Shown: positions 8,470-18,294 of the stretch, piece by piece
Numbering within the stretch: the stretch's first letter is position 1
Layout: each line of letters starts with the position of its first letter
NCBI GenBank assembly: GCA_003144275.1
Contig: NJBF01000009.1
Location: 37,653 to 69,652 of the forward strand
DNA length: 32,000 nucleotides
Reading direction: 5' to 3'
Source of the DNA: Candidatus Heimdallarchaeota archaeon B3_Heim
Lineage (GTDB): Archaea; Asgardarchaeota; Heimdallarchaeia; Hodarchaeales; Hodarchaeaceae
Made by a program: the position numbers and the translations under genes
Notes under the pieces: model-generated
Seen by the model: the letters and a program-made list of their open reading frames with translations, nothing else
What the model was told of the DNA's origin: nothing
The model's database searches: none

Positions 8470-10383
8470 ATGGAAAAAACGATAAAGAGAGTTCTAAAGC
8501 AAGTAATTAAGCCCCATATAGCTATTGACTCTAATATTGAACATTTGATTGAAAATTCAATAGAAATCCCTCCTACTTTCGAATTCGGAGAACGATCAAC
8601 AAATATAGCCTTCAAACTAGCGAGCTTTCTCAAAAAATCTCCAATGAAAATTGCAGAAGAGTTATCAGGAGAAATTAATAGCATTGTGGATGAGAAATCC
8701 CTAATTGTAAAGACCACTTCAGTAAAAGGATATATCAATTTCTTTATCAATTTTACACCGTTTTTTAATAGTCTCTACTCTCAGATCAAAAAGGAAGGAG
8801 TTAATTATGGAGAAAATCAAAGAGGAAATGGCAAAAAGATAATTGTGGAGCACACGTCGATCAATCCAGTCAAACCACTACATATTGGGAATTTGAGAAA
8901 TGCCGTTCTTGGGGATTGTATTGCTAGATTATATAAGAGGAACGGATGGGAGGTCGAAATTCAAAATCTTATCGATGATTTTGGTAGGCAAGTAGCCACC
9001 TTAATTTGGGGGATACTGAATGGGCACCATCTTGGAGTTATTCGTGAAATTAATGAAAAGTATGACGTATGGCTTGGGAAAGTTTACTCACATTGCAATA
9101 ATATTCTCGCTGAACAAGACTCATGGAACGAGGTTGACAAAATTATGATAGATATGCGTCATGATCCTCATATGTACCGGTTTATGAGAAATATTTGTCA
9201 AGCGTGTGTAGACAGCAATTTAGAAACGGCCTGGAGATACGGAATAACTTATGATTATTTGGTTTGGGAGTCAGATATTTCACGATCAGGTGTTTGGGAG
9301 GAAACTCTTCGATTATTGGAAAAAAATTCCTCCTTTCGCTGGGAAAAAGAAGGACCAAATGCTGGCTGCTTTATTGCCAACCTTGGAGAATTAGCCGAAT
9401 TTCAAGATAAAAAAAATCCAGATAAAGTTTTCATTCGATCTAATGGAATCCCGACATATGTTGCCCATGATGTTGCACTCCAATTGTGGAAATTCGGGAT
9501 AGTAAAGGCAAATTTAACAAGCCGAAGTGTTGTTAAACAGAAGAACGAAGCTGAAGAAACGAGAGATTTATGGACCAGTACTGATTTTCATGTTTCCGGA
9601 GAGGCGGAGAAAAGTTTTGGAAAGCCAGATCGTGTGTGTAATGTAATCGGGATGGAACAGAATTATGAACAAGAAATTGTACGTTATACCTTAAAGCTTC
9701 TTTCATTGAAGAAAGAATTTGTAAATTCTTTTCATATGTCATATAAACACGTTTCTGCTCCCCACGCGCGATTTTCAGGAAGGTCAGGAAACTGGCTTGA
9801 AGAACGGGCTTGGGCTGATGCAGTATTTGAGGATACTTATGCAGCTGCGTTTAAAGCAATATCCAAAAAGAGGCTAGATTTAGAAGACGACCCCATCAAA
9901 AGAAATTTGATTGTAAACAGTATTACTGCAGCAGCAATACGTTATTGGTTGATAAAGTTCTCGACTGAAACTGAAATAAAATTTCGAATAGAAGACGCCA
10001 CGTCACTTGAAGGCGACACTGGTCCCTTTTTAATGTATTCAAGTGTGCGAGCTACCAAGATTCTAGCCAAACTCTCTAAAATTAAGACTTTTTCAAAGCA
10101 TGGAAAATATGAGATTACCCAACAAGAAAAAACCTTGATTTTACAGCTTTACCGTTGTCCTGAGATTGTTAAAAACGCCGCAGATTCTTTTCAACCCCTC
10201 ATGGTTGCGAAATATGCCTATGATCTTGCTTCTTCATTTAATCGTTTCTACGAAACTTCCCGTGTAATTAACGCTAAAACTGCAAAATTGAAACAATTTC
10301 GCCTAGCCTTAGTTCAGATTTTTTCTATAGCGATGCAAAACTTACTTCATATTCTTGGAATCCCGATTGTAGACGAAATGTAA
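8470..10383 (+). CDS. argS: Arginine--tRNA ligase
   Basis: VEHTSINPVKPLHIGNLRNAVLGD (HIGH-type), RSNGIPTY, FSGRSG (KMSGR-equivalent), SLEGDTGPFLMYSSVRA and an anticodon-binding C-terminus ending DEM. ATG at 8470 preferred over TTG at 8461. Confidence 0.95.
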   Translation: MEKTIKRVLKQVIKPHIAIDSNIEHLIENSIEIPPTFEFGERSTNIAFKLASFLKKSPMKIAEELSGEINSIVDEKSLIVKTTSVKGYINFFINFTPFFNSLYSQIKKEGVNYGENQRGNGKKIIVEHTSINPVKPLHIGNLRNAVLGDCIARLYKRNGWEVEIQNLIDDFGRQVATLIWGILNGHHLGVIREINEKYDVWLGKVYSHCNNILAEQDSWNEVDKIMIDMRHDPHMYRFMRNICQACVDSNLETAWRYGITYDYLVWESDISRSGVWEETLRLLEKNSSFRWEKEGPNAGCFIANLGELAEFQDKKNPDKVFIRSNGIPTYVAHDVALQLWKFGIVKANLTSRSVVKQKNEAEETRDLWTSTDFHVSGEAEKSFGKPDRVCNVIGMEQNYEQEIVRYTLKLLSLKKEFVNSFHMSYKHVSAPHARFSGRSGNWLEERAWADAVFEDTYAAAFKAISKKRLDLEDDPIKRNLIVNSITAAAIRYWLIKFSTETEIKFRIEDATSLEGDTGPFLMYSSVRATKILAKLSKIKTFSKHGKYEITQQEKTLILQLYRCPEIVKNAADSFQPLMVAKYAYDLASSFNRFYETSRVINAKTAKLKQFRLALVQIFSIAMQNLLHILGIPIVDEM

Positions 10384-10398
10384 TCAACTATCAATGAG

Positions 10399-11451
10399 AT
10401 GCTAATAGTGCTAGAGAAAAAAAAATCCTCTATTTTCCTTTATTTGGCTACGTTTATCGTGTTACTCCTCCTCATTCTTTTCATTAATCCTGAAAATCTT
10501 ATTGACAAATTCTTCCAGATAGGATTGTGGGGAATTATCCTATTAGTTATTTTTTATATCATTGACTTAATAGTGCGCACTTATAGATGGAAATTGTTAT
10601 TGATTGCACAGGGGACTCATTTACCTCTATCATCCTTGATTCTCCCTGTCTGTTCAGCTTTAGCTATAAATTTATTCACAATTGCTCGTGCAGGAGAGAC
10701 AGTCAGGATTGTTTCGTTAAAACGAAATAATGATGTAAAATATTCTGATTCCATTTCATCTATTGTTATTGAACAGGTTTTAAGCATTATAGGTTTATTG
10801 ATTGTTGTAACTGGAAGCTTATTTTTCATAAGTTTTTCTTTCCAGACGGAAGAAAGCTCGAAAACTGTAGGTCAGCTAATTCTTCTTCTCTTGTTAATTT
10901 CAGGAGGAGGACTTTTACTGATAGGGATCATCTTAATGAAACCGAGCTTTGTTTACAAGCTTCTCAATTTTTTTCCTGAATTTCTTAAGGATAAACTCAC
11001 TTCAGCCTTTGAAGCTTTTATTCGGGGTCTTACAGATCTTCGAACTCAACCCTCCCTTCTATTTCAAGCAATTTTGACTTCTGCCGCAATTTGGACGATT
11101 GAAGGTATTATGTTACACATTATTGCTTTGTCCATTTTTCCATCCTTTACTCTGACTGATCTTCCGTGGGTAATAGCAGCTTCTTGTGTAGGAAATATTA
11201 CATTTATAATTCCTATTCTTCCTGGTGCAATGGGTGAATATGAAGCGGCCATTGCGCTAGTCTTAAACTATTCTCCAAATTATGTTGACCCTGACCCACT
11301 AAAAGTTGCGTCAGTGCCTTTTATAGATCGTGTGGTAAAATCATTAATTCTTGGAATTGTGGGTGGATACGCAACATTGCAACTAGGTGGCGCCGAGCTA
11401 CTTAAGTATCGACGAGATTACACGAAGCTAAACAAAACAGAAGAATTGTAA
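10399..11451 (+). CDS. UPF0104 / lysylphosphatidylglycerol-synthase TM-domain (AglD2-like flippase) membrane protein
   Basis: Multi-TM protein with YRWKLLL, ARAGETVR, SIVIEQV and PILPGAMGEYE motifs typical of the family. No soluble synthase domain. Confidence 0.8.
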   Translation: MLIVLEKKKSSIFLYLATFIVLLLLILFINPENLIDKFFQIGLWGIILLVIFYIIDLIVRTYRWKLLLIAQGTHLPLSSLILPVCSALAINLFTIARAGETVRIVSLKRNNDVKYSDSISSIVIEQVLSIIGLLIVVTGSLFFISFSFQTEESSKTVGQLILLLLLISGGGLLLIGIILMKPSFVYKLLNFFPEFLKDKLTSAFEAFIRGLTDLRTQPSLLFQAILTSAAIWTIEGIMLHIIALSIFPSFTLTDLPWVIAASCVGNITFIIPILPGAMGEYEAAIALVLNYSPNYVDPDPLKVASVPFIDRVVKSLILGIVGGYATLQLGGAELLKYRRDYTKLNKTEEL

Positions 11452-11528
11452 ACCTTATCAAACTTGGTGAATTATCTGTAATTGAATAGACCGATTGTCA
11501 TTTAGTTTAAGTTAAGAAGCTAGTCATA

Positions 11529-12632
11529 TTGGATGAATTAATTCTGAGCCCAATTCAAGAAATAAATGTATCAAGAAGAGTTGCTTTCGGAGTAAATGCC
11601 ATCGAAAGGTTAACAGGAATTTTTGAGGACTTAGGTATTAAGAGGTTACACATATTTAGTGGTCGCACAAAAACAAAAGAAATCACAGAAAAATTAGTTA
11701 TTCCACAAATATCAGGCAATATAGAATTTGAATATACTCCACTTCCTGATAAAATTGACCTTTCTTTCTTAAATAAAATCTCTGGCACCATTGATCGTTA
11801 TCAGACATATTTAATGGCTGTAGGCGGTGGTACCGTTATAGATTATGTGAAACTCATAGCTAACATGTCTAAAACGGAATATATTGCTGTTCCGACCAAT
11901 GCAAGTCATGACGGATTCTCTAGCCCTTACATTAACTTTTTATTGAGAACTCAAGTAGATCAATATTTCAAAAAGGAACTTTCACAGGAGTATTGCCCAA
12001 TTTCTCCCTTAGCAATTGTCGGTGACACCACGATGATTAGTAAAGCGCCTAAAGAATCTTTGAAGGCGGGTGTAGGAGATATATTATCCAAATGGGTCGC
12101 TGTGGAAGATTGGAAACTCGCTAATAGATTGAAAGGCGAAGATTACGATATATATGCTGCATCATTTTCAGAAATGACTGCAACTATGGTTGAGGAAAGA
12201 ATTCACGATTTAGGAAAGAACTTCTTCGGTGAGAAAGGAGTGAGGGCTTTAATCAAGGCATTAGGGAGTAGTGGTGTTGCAATGTGTATTGCAGGATCAT
12301 CTCGTCCAGCTAGTGGATCAGAACATCTTGTTAGTCACGCTTTAGATAGTCTATCATTCGAATATGATTTTGAAGTGTTACATGGTCATCAAACGGGAAT
12401 TAGTGCTATTTTAATGATGTATTTGCATGGAGGCGATTGGATACGTATTCGTAAGTCTCTAAAGAAGATTTCTGCCCCTTTGACCCTCCATGATATAGGT
12501 ATTGATAGAGATATAATGCTATTAGCTCTACAAAAAGCTCAACATATTCGTCCTGAAAGATATACGGTTCTTTCTGAAGGTTTAACTAGATCTGCAGCAG
12601 AAAATGCTATCGAGATGACTGGAATTGATTGA
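11529..12632 (+). CDS. egsA: sn-glycerol-1-phosphate dehydrogenase (NAD(P)-dependent)
   Basis: AVGGGTVIDYVK, VPTNASHDGFSSP, GVGDILSK, GSSRPASGSEHLVSHALD and HGHQTG Zn-binding His motifs. TTG start, with no in-frame ATG before the motifs. Confidence 0.9.
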   Translation: MDELILSPIQEINVSRRVAFGVNAIERLTGIFEDLGIKRLHIFSGRTKTKEITEKLVIPQISGNIEFEYTPLPDKIDLSFLNKISGTIDRYQTYLMAVGGGTVIDYVKLIANMSKTEYIAVPTNASHDGFSSPYINFLLRTQVDQYFKKELSQEYCPISPLAIVGDTTMISKAPKESLKAGVGDILSKWVAVEDWKLANRLKGEDYDIYAASFSEMTATMVEERIHDLGKNFFGEKGVRALIKALGSSGVAMCIAGSSRPASGSEHLVSHALDSLSFEYDFEVLHGHQTGISAILMMYLHGGDWIRIRKSLKKISAPLTLHDIGIDRDIMLLALQKAQHIRPERYTVLSEGLTRSAAENAIEMTGID

Positions 12633-13417
12633 GTTTGGGGGAGATAATCGCTGGTATTGATGAAGCTGGAAGAGGTAGTGTATTAGGACCCTTAATTATT
12701 GTTGGTTTGTCTTTAGAGAAAGATAAGATAAATTTTCTTCATCAAAAAGGTGTGAAAGATTCTAAACTATTCACTGGATTATCAGGGCGGAATAAAAGAA
12801 GTGAATTGGCAGTAGAGATACAACAACAAGCAAAGAAAGTCAAAGTAATTGAAGTTCCATCTTCAGAAATCGATTTAGCATTAAATAGACGTCCTAGAGA
12901 TAATTTGAATCTATTAGAACTTAGGTACTTCAGTAAACTTATACTGGAACTACATGCTAAGGAAATTTTCGTAGACACGATTTCTTCCCCCAGATATTCA
13001 ATGACACAAATTTCAAATTTAATTCGCTTGAATAATGAATTATTGACCTTTAAAGTAATTACTAATAATAATTCTGAGGGTAAATTTACTTTAGGTAGAG
13101 GAGGGAAATCATCAAAAAACATTCTAATTACTCCTAAAGCTGATAGTAAATATACTGTAGTAGCAGCAGCCTCATGTGTAGCTAAGCATATAAGAGATCT
13201 TAAATTACGAGAAATTGAACAAGAATGGAATTTACCCGAGCAAATTCTTGGCCATGGATATCCAAATGAGAAAGATCAAAATTTAATGCGCTTTTTTCGG
13301 GAATACTCAAATCAAATTAAGCAGCACTATTTTCCATTTATTCGGTATCAATGGGAATGGAGATGTTTACAGGAAATCTTAAGCCAACCCATGAAAAAAT
13401 TAGATCAGTATTTTTAA
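12629..13417 (+). CDS. rnhB: Ribonuclease HII
   Basis: IAGIDEAGRGSVLGPL, GVKDSK, LELRYF/VDT, KADSKYTVVAAASCVAK, GHGYP. Overlaps the egsA stop by 4 bp (TTGA). C-terminal MKKLDQYF resembles a PIP box. Confidence 0.92.
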   Translation: MSLGEIIAGIDEAGRGSVLGPLIIVGLSLEKDKINFLHQKGVKDSKLFTGLSGRNKRSELAVEIQQQAKKVKVIEVPSSEIDLALNRRPRDNLNLLELRYFSKLILELHAKEIFVDTISSPRYSMTQISNLIRLNNELLTFKVITNNNSEGKFTLGRGGKSSKNILITPKADSKYTVVAAASCVAKHIRDLKLREIEQEWNLPEQILGHGYPNEKDQNLMRFFREYSNQIKQHYFPFIRYQWEWRCLQEILSQPMKKLDQYF

Positions 13418-13473
13418 AAAAGGAAAAGTGGAAATTTATTGATTAGTAAAATTCTGAACACAGGTTATTGGTA

Positions 13474-14850
13474 ATGGTTGAGAATATTTTTCGTACCTAT
13501 GACATACGAGGGAAATTTCCTCAAGAAATTTCATTACAAACAGTAGTTAACATCGGTAGAGCGTTTGGAACATACTTTGGAATTAATAAAAATATCATAA
13601 TCGGTGGTGACGTCAGACTATCTACCCCGATAATAAAAACGGCTCTTGCAATGGGGTTAATGGAAGTTGGTTGTAATGTTAAGGACATAGGCATTTGTAC
13701 TACGCCTACTATATATTTCCTATCCGCAAATAATTCTTCTGTAGATTTTGGAATTATGGTAACAGCTAGTCATAATCCTATTGAATATAATGGAATAAAG
13801 GTGTGCGATCAAAATGGTGTTTCATTTCACATTGACAATTTTTACAGTGAAATAAAGAGAATAATGAACCAGAATGACTATACAGTGATTGAAAGTCATA
13901 CTTATGGACAAACACCAATCTTAAATGGAGTAAATAATGAACAATTTTGGAATTATCACAAAAATCGTTTTTATCCTGACAAGAAGATGAATCTGGTTGT
14001 AGATATTGGAAATGGAACATGTTATCCAATTCTACAAGTCTTAAAAGGCAAAAAAATGGAAGTTCTTGCCCTTCATCCCGATCCTGATGGAACTTTTCCT
14101 GTTATGATTCCCGATCCAGCCAAACCCGAATGTCTCAGATTTATTATTCAATCAATGAATCAAAATTCTCACGATTTAGGTATTGGTTTTGATGCAGATG
14201 GAGATCGTGTAGGATTTGTGGACGAGAAAGGAAATATCGTAAAACCTGATCAAGTAATAATGCTATTTGGTCAGTATTTAATTGAAAAAGTTCCCAATGG
14301 AGAAATTTTAATCGATATAAAAACCTCAAAAGCAACTTACGAATACCTGGAGAATCTCGGTGCTAAAGTGAAGTTCACTCGTGTAGGCCATTCTTGGATC
14401 CATGAGGAGCTTCTGAAAAGGGGTGCAATCTTTGCGGGAGAATTAAGTGGTCATTACTACTTTGGAGAGGGGTACTTTGGTTTTGATGATGCCACTTATT
14501 CATCTTTAAAGATGATTGAAATTATTGCGTCATTAGAGGAACCTCTCTCTCAAATAATAGCAAAACTACCTTCATATTTTACTTCAGATGAACTGAGAAT
14601 ACCTTGCGCTGATAGTATCAAATCAATTGTGGTAGAGAATGTTAAATCTCTTTTAGTGGCTGAAGCTCAAAATTGCATTACAATCGATGGAGTGAGAGCT
14701 GAATTTGAAGATGGATGGGTACTGGTTCGCGAAAGTGGGACTGAACCTGTAATTTCTGTTCGTGCTGAAGCAGATACAAAGCAGAAACTTATATATTACG
14801 TAGATTATATTAAAGAAATTGTTACAAATGAAATTAGTAAAAATACCTAA
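13474..14850 (+). CDS. Phosphomannomutase/phosphoglucomutase (alpha-D-phosphohexomutase family)
   Basis: IFRTYDIRG, catalytic TASHNP, metal loop FDADGDR, sugar loop GELSGH, RESGTEP. ATG at 13474 preferred. Confidence 0.92.
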   Translation: MVENIFRTYDIRGKFPQEISLQTVVNIGRAFGTYFGINKNIIIGGDVRLSTPIIKTALAMGLMEVGCNVKDIGICTTPTIYFLSANNSSVDFGIMVTASHNPIEYNGIKVCDQNGVSFHIDNFYSEIKRIMNQNDYTVIESHTYGQTPILNGVNNEQFWNYHKNRFYPDKKMNLVVDIGNGTCYPILQVLKGKKMEVLALHPDPDGTFPVMIPDPAKPECLRFIIQSMNQNSHDLGIGFDADGDRVGFVDEKGNIVKPDQVIMLFGQYLIEKVPNGEILIDIKTSKATYEYLENLGAKVKFTRVGHSWIHEELLKRGAIFAGELSGHYYFGEGYFGFDDATYSSLKMIEIIASLEEPLSQIIAKLPSYFTSDELRIPCADSIKSIVVENVKSLLVAEAQNCITIDGVRAEFEDGWVLVRESGTEPVISVRAEADTKQKLIYYVDYIKEIVTNEISKNT

Positions 14851-14918
14851 AAATTCATTTAGGAATTGAAATTAGTTTATATTTGCGACTCGTTGTGAAT
14901 TTAGAAGAGGTAAGTAAG

Positions 14919-15095
14919 ATGGATGATCGTTTAATTGGTTCATTGCTTATAGTTATAGGATTATTAATTGCAGGATTAGGAGGTACAATGAGTACGGCTA
15001 TATCTGCTTTTTATTATATTTTTGGGTTCCTTACTGCCTTTGCAGGTCTTGGGCTTTTATTGAAATATCGAAAGTCGACCCAGATAAGAGATTAA
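14919..15095 (+). CDS. Small two-TM membrane protein (58 aa)
   Basis: Two Gly-rich hydrophobic helices and a basic C-tail. SD-like GAGGT (14907-14911) precedes ATG 14919. Confidence 0.6.
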   Translation: MDDRLIGSLLIVIGLLIAGLGGTMSTAISAFYYIFGFLTAFAGLGLLLKYRKSTQIRD

Positions 15096-15118
15096 AAGAA
15101 ATTTCTGCACAAAGAGAA

Positions 15119-17725
15119 TTATTGGGGGATTTCTAGTTTATCGATAAGAAGAGTGATCTTCTTTTCACTTTTTGTCTCACCTATTGCTATTGTTATCCTC
15201 TGAATCCCTTCTAGTTCATGAATTATTCCATTGAGGAAAGATAAAATGTCCCCAGGATATATAAGAAGATCAAATTGCGAGAAACTCCGGGAAATTTGAT
15301 TAATATTCTTCCCCTCTAACCTTTTATTGACAATGAATCTCCCGATCTGCTCGGAACCATGAACACAAAATGGGTTTTCTTTACATGTGCATGTGAAGAA
15401 GTTCTGAGTCCATTTGGCGAATGTTGTCAAACACCATTTATTGAGTTCTGTTGCTTCTTTTCCTTTTAAGGAAGCGTTCATTACATCCAAGACTGGACTA
15501 TTGATCAATCGTGTTGAAAATCTCATGTGATATGTCTTCTCAAGATAAGCATGGAGTTTTTTTGACAAATAAACATTCTGTGGATGGTTCATTTCGAGTG
15601 CAATTGATAAAAAATGTTCTTTTTTCTTGATCAAGGACCTTATTGCAATTGTTTTTTCAGGGGAAAAAAAAGAGAGAGCTGAAGCCTTGCCCAAAGGAGT
15701 TACCTCTAAATAGCGATGCTTTTCTTTGGTTCTAATGGAAATTAGGTCATTACGAATTAATTTATTCGTAATATTCATGAAATTATGATTGCCAGTCCCA
15801 ATCATATTTTGGTAGATCTTTTTGACCTCAGTTGGTAACATTTTCATCTTTGTAGAACAAATAGAAATAATTTGTTCCCCACAAGCATTCTCGTCATAAT
15901 CAGGCGTTACTGGAGTAAGATCAGAATTTATTAACTCTAAAGCTATTTCTACTTCAGATTTTGAATCGAAGGAGGAAATAGAATCTCCCAAGCATAGAAA
16001 AACCGCATATCCTCGGTCGTGCTTTCCTAATCTACCTGCTCGCCCAATCATCTGAGTAAAGGTATTTGGATCAAGTATTTGATTCCCCATCATCATTGAT
16101 TCGAATATTACTTGTGAGGCTGGAAAATCTACACCAGCACCGAGTGCATAAGTAGCAACAATAGCTGTACATTTTCCCGAGGAGAATTCTAACTCAATTC
16201 GCTTTCGAAGTGAATAAGAGAGACCTGAATGATAAGCTTGAGCATTTCTTATCCCTGATTCGCGTAAAGCCTCAGAAATTTCACTTGTTTTCCTTCTAGA
16301 ATTAGTAAAAATTATTGTTTGTCCCTTAAATCCATTTTTTGATATTGTTTTTAGCTCTGCAAAGACCAAAGTAGCTATTTGTCTATTTTTCTCATGACTA
16401 CCTCTTGAAATAAGCAAATGCTGTTCTAATGGAATTGGTCTATGATCGACTGTAACTAATTTCAATGAAAGTTCATTCGCAAATTGGACTGGATTTCCAA
16501 TTGTTGCTGATAATCCTATTATTTGAACATTCTTCGAATAATATCTTATTTTCGCTTGTAAACAGTCTAAAGTTGGCCCCCGTTCAGAATCAGCCAGAGA
16601 TTGTATTTCATCAATTGCAATACAACCAATTTCATCAAAATTTATTTGTCCCCCGCGAATTAAAAGATCTAAACCTTCATAAGTAGCGATTACTACATCT
16701 GAATCTTTGATTGAGAATCGAAGTTTATAGAAATCTTTTTTCTCCTTAAAAGAATCGAAAATACGAGATCTTCCAGTACGTATACCGATCCGTAATTTAT
16801 CACCATAAAATTTTTTGAAGTCTTCATATTTTGTATTGGCTAGAGCCACTAAAGGGACAATGAAAACAAATTTTTTTCTCTTGAGTGAAGTTCTAATCCC
16901 AGCAATTTCTGCTATTAGCGTTTTTCCTGCGCTTGTATTAGCGATAATTAACAGATTGTTGTTTTCAAGTAATCCTTTCTTTAAAGCCTCTGCCTGGATT
17001 GGTAATAGACTTTCTATTCCACGTTTTTTTAAGGATTTCTTTAAAAACCTATCGATTTGTGTATTCTGAACCGAACGTACCTCACCAAGCGTATTTGTTG
17101 TCTCTACTTTCTTTATTAGTGTCAAATCACTAAGTTTTGCATTTCCCTGAGTTAATGTCTCAGTTACTGGATGTATATCATGAAAACGATCCAGAATCGA
17201 AACCGCGTATTTTTTAAAACCTGGATTTTCTAGAAGATTAATTTTTTTTGACAGAAGTTCCTTTTCTAATTCCTGCATGGCACAAGCTTTGCATACTTCC
17301 CGATCATAGGCTTTGTAGTTGCCTTCTGTTTTTAGTAATGTAATTTTTTCCGTTAATAGACAGAATGGGCAAAAATTTCGTTCTGAGAATTTTATAGGAA
17401 GAGAGAAGTCTTTACAAAATCGCTTTAATCCATCTTTTTCTTTATTGGATAGATCGGTGGTTAGAAAAATGTATTTTGCAGTAGTAATTATTTCCTGAAT
17501 CGTATTTTTTGCTGGATATGCTTTCCATTTCCCTTGTTCCTCCCAGAAAATGCGACGTGGCCGCCACATTATCTCTCTTTTGTAAAAATAGACAATCCTA
17601 CCCTTGAAGCGAGGTTTTCTCTGAATTAACCTTCCCTTTGTAAACCCCAGAATTTGGAGGGTATTTTCTTGCTTGGAAGGAGCGAATACAATAGTATAAA
17701 TAGATGAATTAGGAGACATACCCAT
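15119..17725 (-). CDS. Archaea-specific Ski2-like SF2 helicase (ASH-Ski2 / COG1202 / DUF5814 type)
   Basis: LLPIQ Q-motif, ANTSAGKT, DEIQ, SAT, AYHSGL, QMIGRAGR. N-terminal CPFC...CKAC Zn motif and C-terminal CTCKENPFC motif. Confidence 0.85.
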   Translation of the reverse strand: MGMSPNSSIYTIVFAPSKQENTLQILGFTKGRLIQRKPRFKGRIVYFYKREIMWRPRRIFWEEQGKWKAYPAKNTIQEIITTAKYIFLTTDLSNKEKDGLKRFCKDFSLPIKFSERNFCPFCLLTEKITLLKTEGNYKAYDREVCKACAMQELEKELLSKKINLLENPGFKKYAVSILDRFHDIHPVTETLTQGNAKLSDLTLIKKVETTNTLGEVRSVQNTQIDRFLKKSLKKRGIESLLPIQAEALKKGLLENNNLLIIANTSAGKTLIAEIAGIRTSLKRKKFVFIVPLVALANTKYEDFKKFYGDKLRIGIRTGRSRIFDSFKEKKDFYKLRFSIKDSDVVIATYEGLDLLIRGGQINFDEIGCIAIDEIQSLADSERGPTLDCLQAKIRYYSKNVQIIGLSATIGNPVQFANELSLKLVTVDHRPIPLEQHLLISRGSHEKNRQIATLVFAELKTISKNGFKGQTIIFTNSRRKTSEISEALRESGIRNAQAYHSGLSYSLRKRIELEFSSGKCTAIVATYALGAGVDFPASQVIFESMMMGNQILDPNTFTQMIGRAGRLGKHDRGYAVFLCLGDSISSFDSKSEVEIALELINSDLTPVTPDYDENACGEQIISICSTKMKMLPTEVKKIYQNMIGTGNHNFMNITNKLIRNDLISIRTKEKHRYLEVTPLGKASALSFFSPEKTIAIRSLIKKKEHFLSIALEMNHPQNVYLSKKLHAYLEKTYHMRFSTRLINSPVLDVMNASLKGKEATELNKWCLTTFAKWTQNFFTCTCKENPFCVHGSEQIGRFIVNKRLEGKNINQISRSFSQFDLLIYPGDILSFLNGIIHELEGIQRITIAIGETKSEKKITLLIDKLEIPQ

Positions 17726-17818
17726 TAGAATGAGGATTGTACCTAGTAAAAAAGCAAAGTGTTAAAAATTATGAGTTATTCCCTATGATCAAAGATACAT
17801 CACAATGAGGAGTTAATA

Positions 17819-18292
17819 ATGCCAATTTGTTCCAAATGTGGATCCTATTTTAGTGAAGCTTCATGTACATTTTGTACCCCCGATGATTCTCCCAAATCCC
17901 CTGTGTCGACAGTAAATGTTGAAGAAAAGAGTTCAGTGAGATTAATCGATCCAATTGAATTACTCGACTCAATAGAGAAGACTGAAGCGAGTTTAAATCA
18001 ATTAAAAGAAGTTAAAACGGTAGAAATTAAGGAAGTTAAATCTGAAATTTCTACCCTTCAAGAAAAAGAAAAAACCCTAGTTTCGGATTTAGAACCCCTG
18101 AAATCACAGATTTCGCAGCTAGAATCCTCTTTGAAGGAAAAGGAGGAGGAATATAATGTTGTTACAGGTAATAATCAAAGCTTGCTAGAAGAAACGAATG
18201 CTCTCAAAGCAAGAATTCTTAGCCTTGAAACTAACAAAGCTACATTAGAAGAAGAAGTGAATGAGCTGAAAAATACCCTCGGAGTGGAATAA
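17819..18292 (+). CDS. Zn-finger (CxxC-x8-CxxC) plus long coiled-coil protein, paralog 1
   Basis: MPICSKCGSYFSEASCTFC followed by about 110 aa of heptad repeats. SD GAGGAG at 17807-17812. Confidence 0.75.
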   Translation: MPICSKCGSYFSEASCTFCTPDDSPKSPVSTVNVEEKSSVRLIDPIELLDSIEKTEASLNQLKEVKTVEIKEVKSEISTLQEKEKTLVSDLEPLKSQISQLESSLKEKEEEYNVVTGNNQSLLEETNALKARILSLETNKATLEEEVNELKNTLGVE

Positions 18293-18294
18293 AA

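Noticed and set aside
8470-11451. argS next to a lysylphosphatidylglycerol-synthase TM protein as an aminoacyl-lipid (MprF-like) system
   Set aside because: The membrane protein has only the UPF0104/flippase TM region and lacks the soluble aminoacyl-transferase domain. The adjacency fits an ordinary housekeeping operon.
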